A stretch of DNA of 64,000 bases from an uncultured Acidobacteriota bacterium. Lineage in GTDB: Bacteria > Acidobacteriota > Thermoanaerobaculia > Multivoradales > UBA5704. The translations under genes and the position numbers were made by a program. The notes beneath the pieces were generated by a model that was not told the DNA's origin, did not search any database, and saw nothing but the letters and a program-made list of their open reading frames with translations. Shown here in pieces: positions 29,113 to 39,401 of the stretch. Within the stretch, counting starts at the first letter, position 1; each line of letters starts with the position of its first letter. Location of the stretch: NCBI GenBank assembly GCA_963770895.1, contig CAVYRF010000002.1:448001-512000 (forward strand), written 5' to 3'.

Positions 29113-32055
29113 ATGGGCCTGGAGCAATACCGCAAGAAGCGCGATTTCTCCCGCACCCCCGAACCCGCCGGCGCGCCCGGACGGAAGCAGGTCACCGCCG
29201 CCAAGGTGCAGGGCCTCGGCTTCGTGGTGCAGAAGCACGCCGCCAGCCGCCTGCACTACGACTTCCGCCTGGAGCTGGACGGCGTGCTCAAGAGCTGGGC
29301 GGTGCCCAAGGGTCCCAGCCTGGATCCGCACGAAAAGCGCCTGGCCGTCCAGGTCGAAGACCATCCGATCGAATACGGCGACTTCGAGGGCATCATCCCC
29401 ACCGGCCAGTACGGCGGCGGCACCGTGCTGCTGTGGGACCGCGGCCTGTGGGCCTCGTTCGAGGGCGACGCGGCCGAATCCTTCGCCAAGGGCAAGCTCA
29501 AGCTGGTGCTGATGGGAGAAAAGCTGCGCGGCGGTTGGACCCTGGTGCGCATGCACGGTCCGCGCGCCGGCGAGCGCGGCGAAAACTGGCTGCTGATCAA
29601 GGAGAACGACGACACCGCGCAACCCGGCAGCGGCGACGCCCTGGTGCGCGACCGCGCAGCCAGCGTCTTGAGCGGCCAGACCATCGAGCAGATCGCCGCC
29701 GACCCACCGCGCGTGTGGCAATCCAAGGGCGGCGACGACGCCGACGCGACAAAGCATGCCGCCACCAAGCATAAGGACGAGGCACCCGCCGAGCGCGCCG
29801 CGCGAGCCTCGGCCAGGACGGCAAGCGCCAAGCGCACCACGGCAGGCAAGGCCGGCGGCAAGGCGAAGCGCTCCACCGGCAAAGCCGCCGCGGACGCCGG
29901 CAAGGACGCCCCCCGGGCGGACCTTGCGGAGCTGGCGGCGGCGGTGCCGGGAGCGCGCCGGGCGGCGATGCCGGCGGCGATCGAGCCGCAGCTGGCGACG
30001 CTGGCGAGCGAGCCGCCGGAGGGCGACAGCTGGTTGCACGAGATCAAATTGGACGGCTACCGCGCGCTCTGCGAGCTGCGGCGCGGCAAGGTGCGTCTGC
30101 TCACCCGGCGCGGCAAGGACTGGAGCGACCGCTTCGCCGCGGTGGCGGCGGCGGCGGCAAACTTGCCGGTGGAATCGGCGATCCTGGACGGCGAGGTCAC
30201 CGTGCTGCAGGCGGACGGCACCACCAGCTTCCAGGCGCTGCAGGACGCGCTGAGCGACGGCGGCGGCCAGCCCGGTTCCGGCCTGGTCTATTTTGTCTTC
30301 GACCTGCTCTACCTGGACGGCTGGGACCTGCGGGCGGCGCCGCTGCTGGCGCGCAAGGACCTGCTGCGGCAGCTGCTCGCGGCCGGCGGTGCGGCAGCGC
30401 CGGCGGTCGAGGCCGGAGGCCCCCCGGCCGGCGGCCGGGGAGAACCTGCGGCACACGACACCCTCCGCTTCAGCGATCACGTCGCCGGCCAGGGCCAGGA
30501 CGTCTTTCGCGCCGCCTGCCGCCACCACCTGGAGGGCATCGTGTCGAAGCGCGCCGACCGGGCCTGGCACGCCGGCCGCGGTCCCGACTGGCTGAAGGTG
30601 AAGTGTCACCAGCGCCAGGAGGTGGTGATCGGCGGCTTCACCGACCCGCAGGGCACGCGCGCCGGCCTGGGCGCCCTGCTGATGGGGGTCTTCGACGGCA
30701 GCAAGCTCCTGTACTGCGGCAAGGTCGGCACCGGCTTCAGCGCGTCGACCCTGCTCCATCTGCACCGGCAGCTCAAGCGCCTCGAACGCGCCAGCCCACC
30801 CTTCGACAACCCGCCGCGCGGCGCCGAAGCGCGCGGCGCGCATTGGATCGAGCCCAAGCTGGTGGCCGAAGTCGCCTTCGCCGAGTGGACCCGCGACGGC
30901 CACCTGCGCCAACCGTCCTTTCTGGGCCTGCGCGAAGACAAGCCGGCGCAGCAGGTCGTGCGCGAGCGGCCGGCGGCGGCGCCGGCCGGCGATCCCGACG
31001 ACCAGGCGGCCGCGACCGGCAGCCGCAAATCGGCAGACGCCAAAGCCGCCGCCGGCAAGGCCACGCCTCAGGGCACCGGCGGCGGTGCCAGCGGCGGCGG
31101 TGCCAGCGGCGGCGGTGCCGGCGGCGGCAGGCGGGCGAGCACCGGCAAGGCGGCGGCGGTGGAGGTCGCCGGCGTCAAGCTCACCCATCCCGAGCGGGTG
31201 CTGTATCCCGGCATCGGGCTCACCAAGCGCGACCTGGCCCTGTTCTACGAGCGCATTGCCGACTGGGCCCTGCCCCATCTGACCGGCAGGCCGCTGTCGC
31301 TGGTGCGGTGCCCCGACGGGCAGGCCGGCCAGTGTTTCTACCAGAAGCACATCTCCGACCAGTTTCCGGCGTCGGTCAACCGCGTGCCGATCGAAGAGGG
31401 GGGCAAGACCGTCCTCTACCCGATGGTCGACTCGCCCGCCGGCCTGGTGGCGCTGGTGCAGATGGGAGTGCTCGAAACGCACGTGTGGGGCGCCCATGCC
31501 GACCAGGTCGAGCGCCCCGACTATGCCGTCTTCGACCTGGACCCCGACGAGGGGCTGCCCTGGGAACCCATCGCCGAGGCCGCCCTGGAGCTGCGCGACC
31601 TGCTGGCCGCCGGCGGCCTCACCAGCTTCCTCAAGACCACCGGCGGCAAGGGCCTGCACGTGGTGCTGCCGCTCGCCCGCCGGCAGGAATGGGACGACCT
31701 GAAACTGTTCTGCCGCACCGTCGCCGAAGCGCTCGCCACCGCGCGGCCCGACCGCTACACCGCCAACCCGCTCAAGGCCCGCCGCAAAGGGCGCATCTAC
31801 GTCGACTACCTGCGCAACGGCCGCGGTTCCACCTCGATCGCCGCCTACTCCGGCCGCGCGCGGCCGGGTGCGCCGGTGTCGACGCCGCTCGCCTGGGAGG
31901 AGCTCGAAGGCCCGGTGCGCGCCAACACCTACACGGTCGAAAACCTCCCCCAACGGCTGGAAAAGCTGGCCGCCGACCCCTGGCAGGACATCGCCACCGT
32001 GCGCCAGTCGATCACCGCGGCGATCAAGCGCCGCTGGGGCGTGCCTGAAACCTAG
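29113..32055 (+). CDS. ligD: NHEJ DNA ligase D (phosphoesterase-ligase-polymerase)
   Basis: YRKKRDFSRTPEP, HYDFRLE, SWAVPKGPS, EIKLDGYR, EGIVSKR, LTHPERV, FDLDP and KTTGGKGLHV. Confidence 0.95.
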   Translation: MGLEQYRKKRDFSRTPEPAGAPGRKQVTAAKVQGLGFVVQKHAASRLHYDFRLELDGVLKSWAVPKGPSLDPHEKRLAVQVEDHPIEYGDFEGIIPTGQYGGGTVLLWDRGLWASFEGDAAESFAKGKLKLVLMGEKLRGGWTLVRMHGPRAGERGENWLLIKENDDTAQPGSGDALVRDRAASVLSGQTIEQIAADPPRVWQSKGGDDADATKHAATKHKDEAPAERAARASARTASAKRTTAGKAGGKAKRSTGKAAADAGKDAPRADLAELAAAVPGARRAAMPAAIEPQLATLASEPPEGDSWLHEIKLDGYRALCELRRGKVRLLTRRGKDWSDRFAAVAAAAANLPVESAILDGEVTVLQADGTTSFQALQDALSDGGGQPGSGLVYFVFDLLYLDGWDLRAAPLLARKDLLRQLLAAGGAAAPAVEAGGPPAGGRGEPAAHDTLRFSDHVAGQGQDVFRAACRHHLEGIVSKRADRAWHAGRGPDWLKVKCHQRQEVVIGGFTDPQGTRAGLGALLMGVFDGSKLLYCGKVGTGFSASTLLHLHRQLKRLERASPPFDNPPRGAEARGAHWIEPKLVAEVAFAEWTRDGHLRQPSFLGLREDKPAQQVVRERPAAAPAGDPDDQAAATGSRKSADAKAAAGKATPQGTGGGASGGGASGGGAGGGRRASTGKAAAVEVAGVKLTHPERVLYPGIGLTKRDLALFYERIADWALPHLTGRPLSLVRCPDGQAGQCFYQKHISDQFPASVNRVPIEEGGKTVLYPMVDSPAGLVALVQMGVLETHVWGAHADQVERPDYAVFDLDPDEGLPWEPIAEAALELRDLLAAGGLTSFLKTTGGKGLHVVLPLARRQEWDDLKLFCRTVAEALATARPDRYTANPLKARRKGRIYVDYLRNGRGSTSIAAYSGRARPGAPVSTPLAWEELEGPVRANTYTVENLPQRLEKLAADPWQDIATVRQSITAAIKRRWGVPET
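31078..31128 (+). repeat. Short tandem repeat encoding a (GGGAS)n linker in LigD
   Basis: About three copies of the 15-mer GGCGGCGGTGCCAGC. Confidence 0.6.
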
Positions 32056-32065
32056 TGGCCCGTCA

Positions 32066-33091
32066 CTAGCTCTGCGGCAGCGGCGCCGGGCCGCGATCGT
32101 CCAGCCGGGCGCGCCGCGCGTCGTACCAGCTGTTGAGCAGCGAAGCACCCAGGATCAGCGCGCCACCCGCCAGGACGCGCGCGCCGGCGCGCTCGCCGTG
32201 CAGCAGCCAGGCCCATAGCGGGCTCAGCACCGGCTCCAGCATCAACAGAATGGACGCCTCGAATGCCGGCACGCGGCCGATGCCGCGCGTCAGCAGAATG
32301 TAGGCGAAGGCGATCTGGAAGAAGCCCAGGTAGGCCAGGATCAACCAGTCCCGCGGGCTTGCCGCGGGCAGCGGCAGGCTGAAGGGCAGCGCGGCGGCGC
32401 AAGCCAGGATGTTGCCCCACAGCGCCGCCACGGCGCCGTCGTTCGGCGCGTCGCGCTCCGCGGCGCTGCCGGCACTGGCGGCGTTGCCTGCTTTCGGGGT
32501 GTTCGCGGCATGCGCGGGGGTGGCGCCGCCGCGGCGGCCCAGGGCGCGCAGCCCGACGATGGTGAGCGCCCAGGTGAGGCCGATCGCTCCCGCCACCAGG
32601 TTGCCGCGCAGCGGGTCGGGCGCGGTGGCCGACGCCGGCGGCAGGCCGGTCACCAGCAGGGCCAGGCCGGCGGCGATCGCGCCGATGGTCGGCAGGTCGC
32701 CGCGCCGGATGCGCTCGCCCAGCAGCCACGGCCCGAGCACCAGGACGAAGAGCGGCGCCGTCGCCTGCAGGAAGATGGTGCTTGCGGCGGTGGTCAGCTT
32801 GTTCGCCAGGACGAACAGGATCATCGTCGCGGCGTAGCAGGCGGCGACCACCAGCATGCGCGCCGTGGGGCGGCGGCGCACCTGCGGCACGACCGCCAGC
32901 AGCACCGCCGCCGCGATCCCCGAGCGCACGCAGGCGACCGGCCAGCCGCTCAGGTGGATCGCCTTGATCGCCGCGCCGCCGGTCGAGAAGAGCGCCGCCG
33001 CGGCGAGCAGCTGCAGGCGCGGCGCCAGCACCCTGTCCGCGCCCGCCCTCCCCACGTCCCCACCCGCCGCCGCATCGCCCGGTTTGTGCAC
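32066..33091 (-). CDS. DMT/EamA family transporter
   Basis: Two EamA repeats (LFSTGGAAIKA, LQATAPLFV, LEPVLSPLWAWLLHGE). Start uncertain. Confidence 0.85.
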   Translation of the reverse strand: MHKPGDAAAGGDVGRAGADRVLAPRLQLLAAAALFSTGGAAIKAIHLSGWPVACVRSGIAAAVLLAVVPQVRRRPTARMLVVAACYAATMILFVLANKLTTAASTIFLQATAPLFVLVLGPWLLGERIRRGDLPTIGAIAAGLALLVTGLPPASATAPDPLRGNLVAGAIGLTWALTIVGLRALGRRGGATPAHAANTPKAGNAASAGSAAERDAPNDGAVAALWGNILACAAALPFSLPLPAASPRDWLILAYLGFFQIAFAYILLTRGIGRVPAFEASILLMLEPVLSPLWAWLLHGERAGARVLAGGALILGASLLNSWYDARRARLDDRGPAPLPQS

Positions 33092-33177
33092 GCAGCCATT
33101 GTGCACGGCCGCGCTCCCGGCGCAAGCGGTTGCCTGCGGCGGCGCCGGCCGCCGGCCGCCGCCGACCGGCCGGCACG

Positions 33178-34257
33178 TCAAGCGGGAAGGAAAAAGAACA
33201 GCGCCGCCAGCACGGCGTAGACCGCGAGCAGCTGCACGCCCTCCAGCCAGTTGGACTCGCCGTCGGCCGCCACCTGGGCGGCGATCACCACTGCGGCCGC
33301 CACCGCCAGCACCTCGGGGCCCGAAAACACCAGGTCCATCGGCTGCGGCCCGAGCAAGCCGGAGAGCAACACCAGCAGGGGCGCCACGAACAGCGCCACC
33401 TGCACGCTGCTGCCCACCGCGATGCCCAGCGCCAGGTCGGCGCGCCCGCCGCGGGCCACCTGGATCGCGCTCGCATGCTCGGCGGCGTTGCCGACGGTGG
33501 CCAGGACCACCACGCCGACGAACAGGTCGGTCATGCCGAGGGCGCGCGCCGCCGGCTCGACCACCCGCGCCAGCAGCTCGGTGACAAAGACCGTCAGCAC
33601 GGTCGCCGCGGCCAGCACGCCGACGGCCCGCCGCACGCTCCAAGGGGTGAAGGTCACCGGCTCCGCCGCCGTCTCGGAGGCGCGGCAGCCGCTGCCCAGG
33701 AACAGGCGCCGGTGGGTGCGCAGCGAAAACAGCAGGCCGCAGGCGTAGGTGGCGATCAGCACCACGGAGATGGCGAGCGACAGCCCCCCCACCCCTGCAT
33801 CCGCGCCGTGCCGCGCCAGGGCGTGGAACGCCGCCGGCGCCAGCAGCGCGATGACGGCCAGGGTCAGCATGCTGCTCTGGCTGCGCGCCGCGGTGGCGTT
33901 GAAGGTCACCGTCGGCCGCGCCAGGCCGCCCGCCAGCATCGCGGCGCCAAGGACCAGCAGCAGGTTTCCCAGGATCGATCCGGTCAGCGTCGCCTTGACG
34001 ATCGGCACCAGGCCGTGGCGCAGCGCGGCGATGCACAGGATCAGCTCGGCGGCGTTGCCCAGCGTGGCGTTGACCAGGCCGCCGAGCCCCTCGCCGACCC
34101 GATCGGCCAGGTGCTCGGTGGCGCGGCCGATCCAGGCCGCCAGCGGCACCATCGCCGCACAGGCCAGGGCGAACACCAGCACCGACCTTTGCGGCGCCCA
34201 CCACGCGGCCGCTGCCACCGCGGGCAGGAACAACAGCATCCAGTAGCGCGGCGCCAT
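33178..34257 (-). CDS. cax: Calcium/proton antiporter (CaCA family)
   Basis: Two GNAAE(L/H) alpha repeats, GSILGNLLLVLG and DGESNWLEG. Confidence 0.92.
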   Translation of the reverse strand: MAPRYWMLLFLPAVAAAAWWAPQRSVLVFALACAAMVPLAAWIGRATEHLADRVGEGLGGLVNATLGNAAELILCIAALRHGLVPIVKATLTGSILGNLLLVLGAAMLAGGLARPTVTFNATAARSQSSMLTLAVIALLAPAAFHALARHGADAGVGGLSLAISVVLIATYACGLLFSLRTHRRLFLGSGCRASETAAEPVTFTPWSVRRAVGVLAAATVLTVFVTELLARVVEPAARALGMTDLFVGVVVLATVGNAAEHASAIQVARGGRADLALGIAVGSSVQVALFVAPLLVLLSGLLGPQPMDLVFSGPEVLAVAAAVVIAAQVAADGESNWLEGVQLLAVYAVLAALFFFLPA

Positions 34258-34429
34258 CGCCGCATGCTATCCCGTCCGCGGGCGGCGGCGCCGTGCCGCC
34301 GGAGCGCGCGCTCCAGGCGGGAGTCCCTGTTGCCCTGGGGCGGTGGCTGGGTTAGCCTGATGGACAGCCGCCGGTTGTCCGGCCTGCTCAGCTTCTACCG
34401 CCACTCTTACGCTTTCGAACCGAGGACCC

Positions 34430-35761
34430 ATGCCTGGAAGCCTGCCCAAGATCTTTGTCCTGGACACCTCGGTCATCCTCTACGACTTCAACGCCATTCT
34501 CAATTTTCAAGAGCACGACGTCGCCGTCCCCATCACCGTCCTCGAAGAGCTCGACCAGTTCAAGAAGGGCAACACGGTCCTCAACCTGCAGGCGCGGGAA
34601 TTCATCCGCCAGCTCGATCGGCTGTCCAGCACCAACATGCTGGCCGAGTGGATTCCGCTCGACGGCGCCGCGCACGGCCGCTTCCGCGTGCTGACCGAAG
34701 AGAAGGGGCGCGAATTCGACGCGGCCGAAATCTTCGGCGCCAAGAAGGCCGATCACCGCATCCTCAACGCCGTGCTCTCGCTCGCCCGCCAGGAGCCCGA
34801 GCGCAAGGTGATCCTGGTCACCAAGGACATCAACCTGCGGCTCAAGGCGCGCGCCCTCAAGCTCACCGCCGAAGATTACGAAACCGTCAAGATCAAGGAC
34901 CTGGACCATCTCTACAAGGGCAAGAGCGAAATCGAAGTGCCCGACCCGGCCCTGATCGACAGGCTCTATCGCGGCGAAGGGCTGCCGGTCGAAGAGGTGC
35001 TGGCCGAGCGGCCGCTGCCCAACCAGTACTTCATCCTGCGCAGCCGCTCCAACTCGGGGCTGGCCTGCTTCAACCCGCGCACCGACCGCCTGGAGCGGGT
35101 GGTCAAGCCGCTCGCCTACGGCATCTCGCCGCGCAACGCCGAGCAGACCTTCGCGCTGCACGCCGTGCTCAACCACGACGTGCCGCTGGTCACCCTGTCC
35201 GGCGCCGCCGGCACCGGCAAGACCCTGCTGGCGCTGGCGGGAGCGCTGGAGCAGCGCCGCTCGTTCCGCCAGATCTACCTGGCGCGGCCGATCGTGCCGC
35301 TGTCCAACCGCGACCTGGGCTACCTGCCGGGCGACATCAACTCCAAGATCGATCCCTACATGCAGCCGCTGTGGGACAACCTGTCGATCATCAAGAACCA
35401 GTACGGCGAACGGGAACGCGAATACCGCAAGGTCGAAGAGCTGGTGGACACCGAAAAGCTCCACATCGTGCCGCTCGCCTACATCCGCGGGCGCAGCTTC
35501 TCGAACGTCATCTTCATCGTCGACGAAGCGCAGAACCTGACGCCGCACGAGATCAAGACCATCATCACCCGCGCCGGCGAGCGCACCAAGATCATCCTCA
35601 CCGGCGACATCTTCCAGATCGACACCCCCTACCTCGACGCCCACACCAACGGCCTGTCCTATCTCATCGACCGCACCAAAGGCAGCCCCCTCTACACCCA
35701 CGTCAACCTGGAAAAAGGCGAGCGCTCCGAGCTCGCCAACCTGGCCAGCCGCTTGCTCTAG
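34430..35761 (+). CDS. phoH: PIN-PhoH (PhoH2-type) protein
   Basis: N-terminal PIN (FVLDTSV, LEELD, VTKDINLR), GAAGTGKT, LGYLPG, IRGRS and DEAQN. Confidence 0.92.
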   Translation: MPGSLPKIFVLDTSVILYDFNAILNFQEHDVAVPITVLEELDQFKKGNTVLNLQAREFIRQLDRLSSTNMLAEWIPLDGAAHGRFRVLTEEKGREFDAAEIFGAKKADHRILNAVLSLARQEPERKVILVTKDINLRLKARALKLTAEDYETVKIKDLDHLYKGKSEIEVPDPALIDRLYRGEGLPVEEVLAERPLPNQYFILRSRSNSGLACFNPRTDRLERVVKPLAYGISPRNAEQTFALHAVLNHDVPLVTLSGAAGTGKTLLALAGALEQRRSFRQIYLARPIVPLSNRDLGYLPGDINSKIDPYMQPLWDNLSIIKNQYGEREREYRKVEELVDTEKLHIVPLAYIRGRSFSNVIFIVDEAQNLTPHEIKTIITRAGERTKIILTGDIFQIDTPYLDAHTNGLSYLIDRTKGSPLYTHVNLEKGERSELANLASRLL

Positions 35762-35946
35762 TAGTACTAGCCCGGCGCACGCCGGACCGTTGGCACCACG
35801 CGAGATTCCGCGTCTCCCTGGTTGACGCCGGGTGGCCGCAGATCTGCCGGCGCCGACGATCTGCTGGCGCCTGCCTGGTCGACGCCACGCGCCGCTGGGG
35901 GCCGTGGTATGTTTTTAGGGTTTGCCTGACTCCGGGGAGCGACAGC

Positions 35947-36882
35947 GTGAGCACCATCAAACCCATCTTCCTGCTGGCTGACAGCCAGCTGCTGTTCTGG
36001 CGTGACGAAGAGGGGCCGTTCCTGCGCCGCGTGCGCGACCTGGTCGACGAAGACCTGGCCGCCGCGGGCGATGCGGGGACCGCCGTCAAGGCCGCCTACC
36101 TGGGGGCCTCCAACGGCGATGCGCCCGAATTCTACGAGCTCTTTGTGGGCGCCATGGACCAGATCGGCGTGCGCGACTGCCGGCTCATCCCCGAGCACCC
36201 GACCGCGGACGACGTCGACTTCCTGGAACACGCCCACGTCATCCTGCTGGCCGGCGGCGAAGTCGAGCGCGGCTGGGAATCCTTCAAGCAGGCCGGTTTC
36301 GACAAAAAGCTGGTCGAGCGCTACTACGCCGGGGCGCTGTTTCTGGGCATCTCGGCGGGCGCCGTGCAGCTGGGCTTGAAGGGCTGGAACACCAGCGGCG
36401 AAAAGATCGCCGACATGCTGCGCATCGTGCCCTTCGTCGTCGACGTCCACGACGAGCCTGGCTGGGCGCGCCTGCTGCAGGCCGTGCCCAAGGCCGGCGA
36501 ACACGGCCGCGGCATCGGCATCCCCAGCGGCGGCGGCGCCCTGTACCACCCCGACTACTCCGTCGAACCGGTGCGGCACCCCCTGACCGAAGTCAGCCAG
36601 ACCGAAGCCGGCGTGCAGCAAGCCCTGCTGCTACCCGGCGTCGCCTCCGAGCCCGCCGCCCCCCCCACGGCGGCCGGCGCCGCGGACGCCGGCGAACCCG
36701 CCAACACCGCCGACACCGCCGATCCCGCTGACAGCGCGTCCCGGCCCAGCCCAGGAAACGGCGACAGCGACGAACCGACCGATCCGACTGAGCAGAGCCG
36801 GCGCCAGCTGGGCTACTCCATCGGCAGCGACGGCATCATCGAGATCCGCCGTCCCGATCCCGCCGAAGAGTCGATCAACTAG
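35947..36882 (+). CDS. Peptidase S51 / class I glutamine amidotransferase-like protein
   Basis: ILLAGGE and the GISAGA nucleophile elbow. GTG start after GGGGAG. Confidence 0.75.
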   Translation: MSTIKPIFLLADSQLLFWRDEEGPFLRRVRDLVDEDLAAAGDAGTAVKAAYLGASNGDAPEFYELFVGAMDQIGVRDCRLIPEHPTADDVDFLEHAHVILLAGGEVERGWESFKQAGFDKKLVERYYAGALFLGISAGAVQLGLKGWNTSGEKIADMLRIVPFVVDVHDEPGWARLLQAVPKAGEHGRGIGIPSGGGALYHPDYSVEPVRHPLTEVSQTEAGVQQALLLPGVASEPAAPPTAAGAADAGEPANTADTADPADSASRPSPGNGDSDEPTDPTEQSRRQLGYSIGSDGIIEIRRPDPAEESIN

Positions 36883-36955
36883 TGGCCTGTCGTTGCTGCA
36901 CCGATCGGCGCGGGGCCGGCGCCGCGGGCTCGCTTGTGGCGGCGGCGTCAGCCCG

Positions 36956-37789
36956 ATGAGGCTGTACGCGCTGGCGGATCTGCACCTCCGCTACGAGGTC
37001 ACGCGCCGGGCGCTGGACACGATGCCGGCCTTCCCCGAAGACTGGCTGATCGTCGCCGGTGACGCCGGCGAAACCGAGCAGCACCTGCGCTACGCCCTGA
37101 CCATGCTCAAGCGCCGCTTCGCCCGTCTGCTGTGGGTGCCGGGCAACCACGAGCTGTGGACCCTGCCGTCGCCGGGCGACGAGCTGCGCGGCGAAGCCAA
37201 ATACCAGCGGCTGGTCGCAATCTGCCGCGAGCTGGGCGTGCTCACCCCCGAAGACCCCTACGTCGTCTGGCCCGGAGATGGGCCGCGCTGCATCCTGGCG
37301 CCGCTCTTCCTGCTCTACGACTACACCTTCCGGCCCGACGACATCCCGCCCGAGGACGCCATCGCCTGGGCCGCCGAAGACAACCTGCTGTGCTCGGACG
37401 AAGTGCTGCTCCACGCCGACCCCTATCCCGACAAGCCCAGCTGGTGCGCCGCCCGTTGCCTGGCCGCCGAGCCCCGCCTGGCCGCCGCCGCCCGACAGGC
37501 CCCGCTGGTCCTGATCAACCACTTTCCTTTGCGCTACGACTTGGCCGTGCTGCCGCGCATCCCCCGCTTCTCCATCTGGTGCGGCACCCGCCGCACCGAA
37601 GACTGGCACCGCCGCTTCAACGCCCAGGTCGTCGTCTACGGCCATCTTCACATCCGCGGCACCTACTACCGCGACGGCGTTCGCTTCGAAGAGGTCTCCC
37701 TGGGCTACCCCCCCAACTACAACGCCAACCTCCCCATCGCCTCCTACCTCCGCGAGATCCTCCCCGGCCCCCCACCACCCCAGGACTGA
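36956..37789 (+). CDS. Metallophosphoesterase (calcineurin-like)
   Basis: ADLH, AGD, PGNHE, NHFP and YGHLH motifs. Confidence 0.88.
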   Translation: MRLYALADLHLRYEVTRRALDTMPAFPEDWLIVAGDAGETEQHLRYALTMLKRRFARLLWVPGNHELWTLPSPGDELRGEAKYQRLVAICRELGVLTPEDPYVVWPGDGPRCILAPLFLLYDYTFRPDDIPPEDAIAWAAEDNLLCSDEVLLHADPYPDKPSWCAARCLAAEPRLAAAARQAPLVLINHFPLRYDLAVLPRIPRFSIWCGTRRTEDWHRRFNAQVVVYGHLHIRGTYYRDGVRFEEVSLGYPPNYNANLPIASYLREILPGPPPPQD

Positions 37790-37869
37790 TCCGCCCCAAG
37801 CAGGCCTCCCATGCAGGTCAACGCGGTCGGGCCGGCACCTCCACTATCAGGATGGCTGTCCGTCGCACC

Positions 37870-38277
37870 TCATGGCGAACTGCCAGAGGCTGTCTTGTCC
37901 GTTCGCCCGCCAGTCAACTGCACCGCCACGTGCGAAACCAGACCGCCGGGGCTCAAGGTGACGCAGATCCCCGCCGCAAACGTGATCCCCTGCCACTGTG
38001 GCGCCCGAGAATCGCTGCCGGCGTTGTCTGAAGATCGCGCCGCGGCGTGCATCGCGGGATGGAGGCCGCGCACCCGAGCGCGGCGTCGGACCAACGCGCC
38101 ACCGACGATGCAGGCCACCAGCAGCGTCCACGGTCCCGGCAAGCCGACACCCCACGCCTGGACAACCAGCACCTGCACTGCGATGAGCAACGCAACCACG
38201 ACCAGGCAGCGCACCACCAGGCGCCCCAACGGCTCCAGCAAAGGGCGCAGAAATAGCCACCCGACAAGCCCCGTCAC
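37870..38277 (-). CDS. Hypothetical membrane protein
   Basis: GTG start overlapping the upstream TGA, with 2-3 hydrophobic segments. No family recognised. Confidence 0.4.
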   Translation of the reverse strand: MTGLVGWLFLRPLLEPLGRLVVRCLVVVALLIAVQVLVVQAWGVGLPGPWTLLVACIVGGALVRRRARVRGLHPAMHAAARSSDNAGSDSRAPQWQGITFAAGICVTLSPGGLVSHVAVQLTGGRTDKTASGSSP

Positions 38278-39080
38278 GGCACACCCACCGTCGCGAACGC
38301 CGTTTCCGTGAGGCTGGGCGGCAGCGGCCCAAGACGCCAGGGTTGGCCCCTTCCGGCCGCGATCTGCTGGAGACTGCGAGCGTAAAAGGTGAGGCGCCAG
38401 GCGCCCACCTGACCGTCCGGCGGGGCGGCAAGGACGCGACAGGCAGGAAAGGCGAAGCGCCGGCAGTCGGCTGCCTGGTCCTCCAGCGGATCGACGCCCA
38501 GCGGCAGGGTCAGATCGCCCACTCCCCAGCCGGGCAGTGTTGCGTCGGCACCATCGATGGCAAGCCTTGCCGGCGGCGGCGCCGAGACGCTGAGCACCAG
38601 CCGGCGAGCGGGCGGCGGACGCGGAACGCTGAAGCCGGCCACATGCACCCAGCGCCCGAGCGGCACCGGGCGATCGGAGACCCAGGCCCGCCCTTCCAGC
38701 GGACCGGCAAACACCAGATGGCCGTTGGACCATCCGCCGGCGCGGCGGAAGATCTCCAATCGGTAGCCTCGCGCCGCGACCAGCAACGGCCCTCCGCCGT
38801 AGCTCCGCAGAAAGACCCACGCCTCAAGGCACACCGGCCCCTCCCGCACCAAGTCAGCCGCACCCTCCACGCGCGGCGTTCCTGTCGGGCCTGCCCGGCC
38901 AAACGAGCGGAGCGCGCCTGCCCCGGCAGGGCCAGCACTCCACGCGACGGCGGCCGGCGAACCATCAGGCCTGCGCCCCGAGCACCACCGACAGAAAGTG
39001 GGGAGGGTCAGCGCGAGCCCCGCAACCAACAGCACCACACACGATCGTAAACGAATCGGTACGACGACTCCAACCTCCAT
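38274..39080 (-). CDS. Hypothetical exported protein with possible LamG/ConA-like domain
   Basis: Signal-like N-terminus. CLEAWV...PLGRWVHVAG...LAIDG pattern resembles a LamG jelly-roll. GGAG RBS. Confidence 0.45.
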   Translation of the reverse strand: MEVGVVVPIRLRSCVVLLVAGLALTLPTFCRWCSGRRPDGSPAAVAWSAGPAGAGALRSFGRAGPTGTPRVEGAADLVREGPVCLEAWVFLRSYGGGPLLVAARGYRLEIFRRAGGWSNGHLVFAGPLEGRAWVSDRPVPLGRWVHVAGFSVPRPPPARRLVLSVSAPPPARLAIDGADATLPGWGVGDLTLPLGVDPLEDQAADCRRFAFPACRVLAAPPDGQVGAWRLTFYARSLQQIAAGRGQPWRLGPLPPSLTETAFATVGVP

Positions 39081-39401
39081 CGGGGCTCCTTCGGGGACGG
39101 AAGCGACCCTCCCCTACAGAGGAAGACGCAAAAGACCGCCCGTTTTGGAATCGTTCCCAAACCCGATCTCGGAAGGTGGAACGGTCGCGGATCACACGTT
39201 CGAGATCCGGTTCCTCAGCCCCGGCGTACAGCTGTACGCCTGACCTTTGGCTAGTGCAAATCACCAGGCACGGCCCTGCTCACGGCCGCGCCGCCGCCGC
39301 TCGACAGGGCAGCCGAGCGCATGGCACAATCCCGGCGCTCGGACGAAGCGGAGCGGCACCTTCCTGCGCTCCGCACCTGTCGTGGCTCGGAGGTCAATCT
39401 C

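Noticed and set aside
33130-36882. 1250-aa ORF in the track
   Set aside because: Only the last ~311 codons (from 35947) look like protein. The rest overlaps cax (antisense) and phoH (out of frame).
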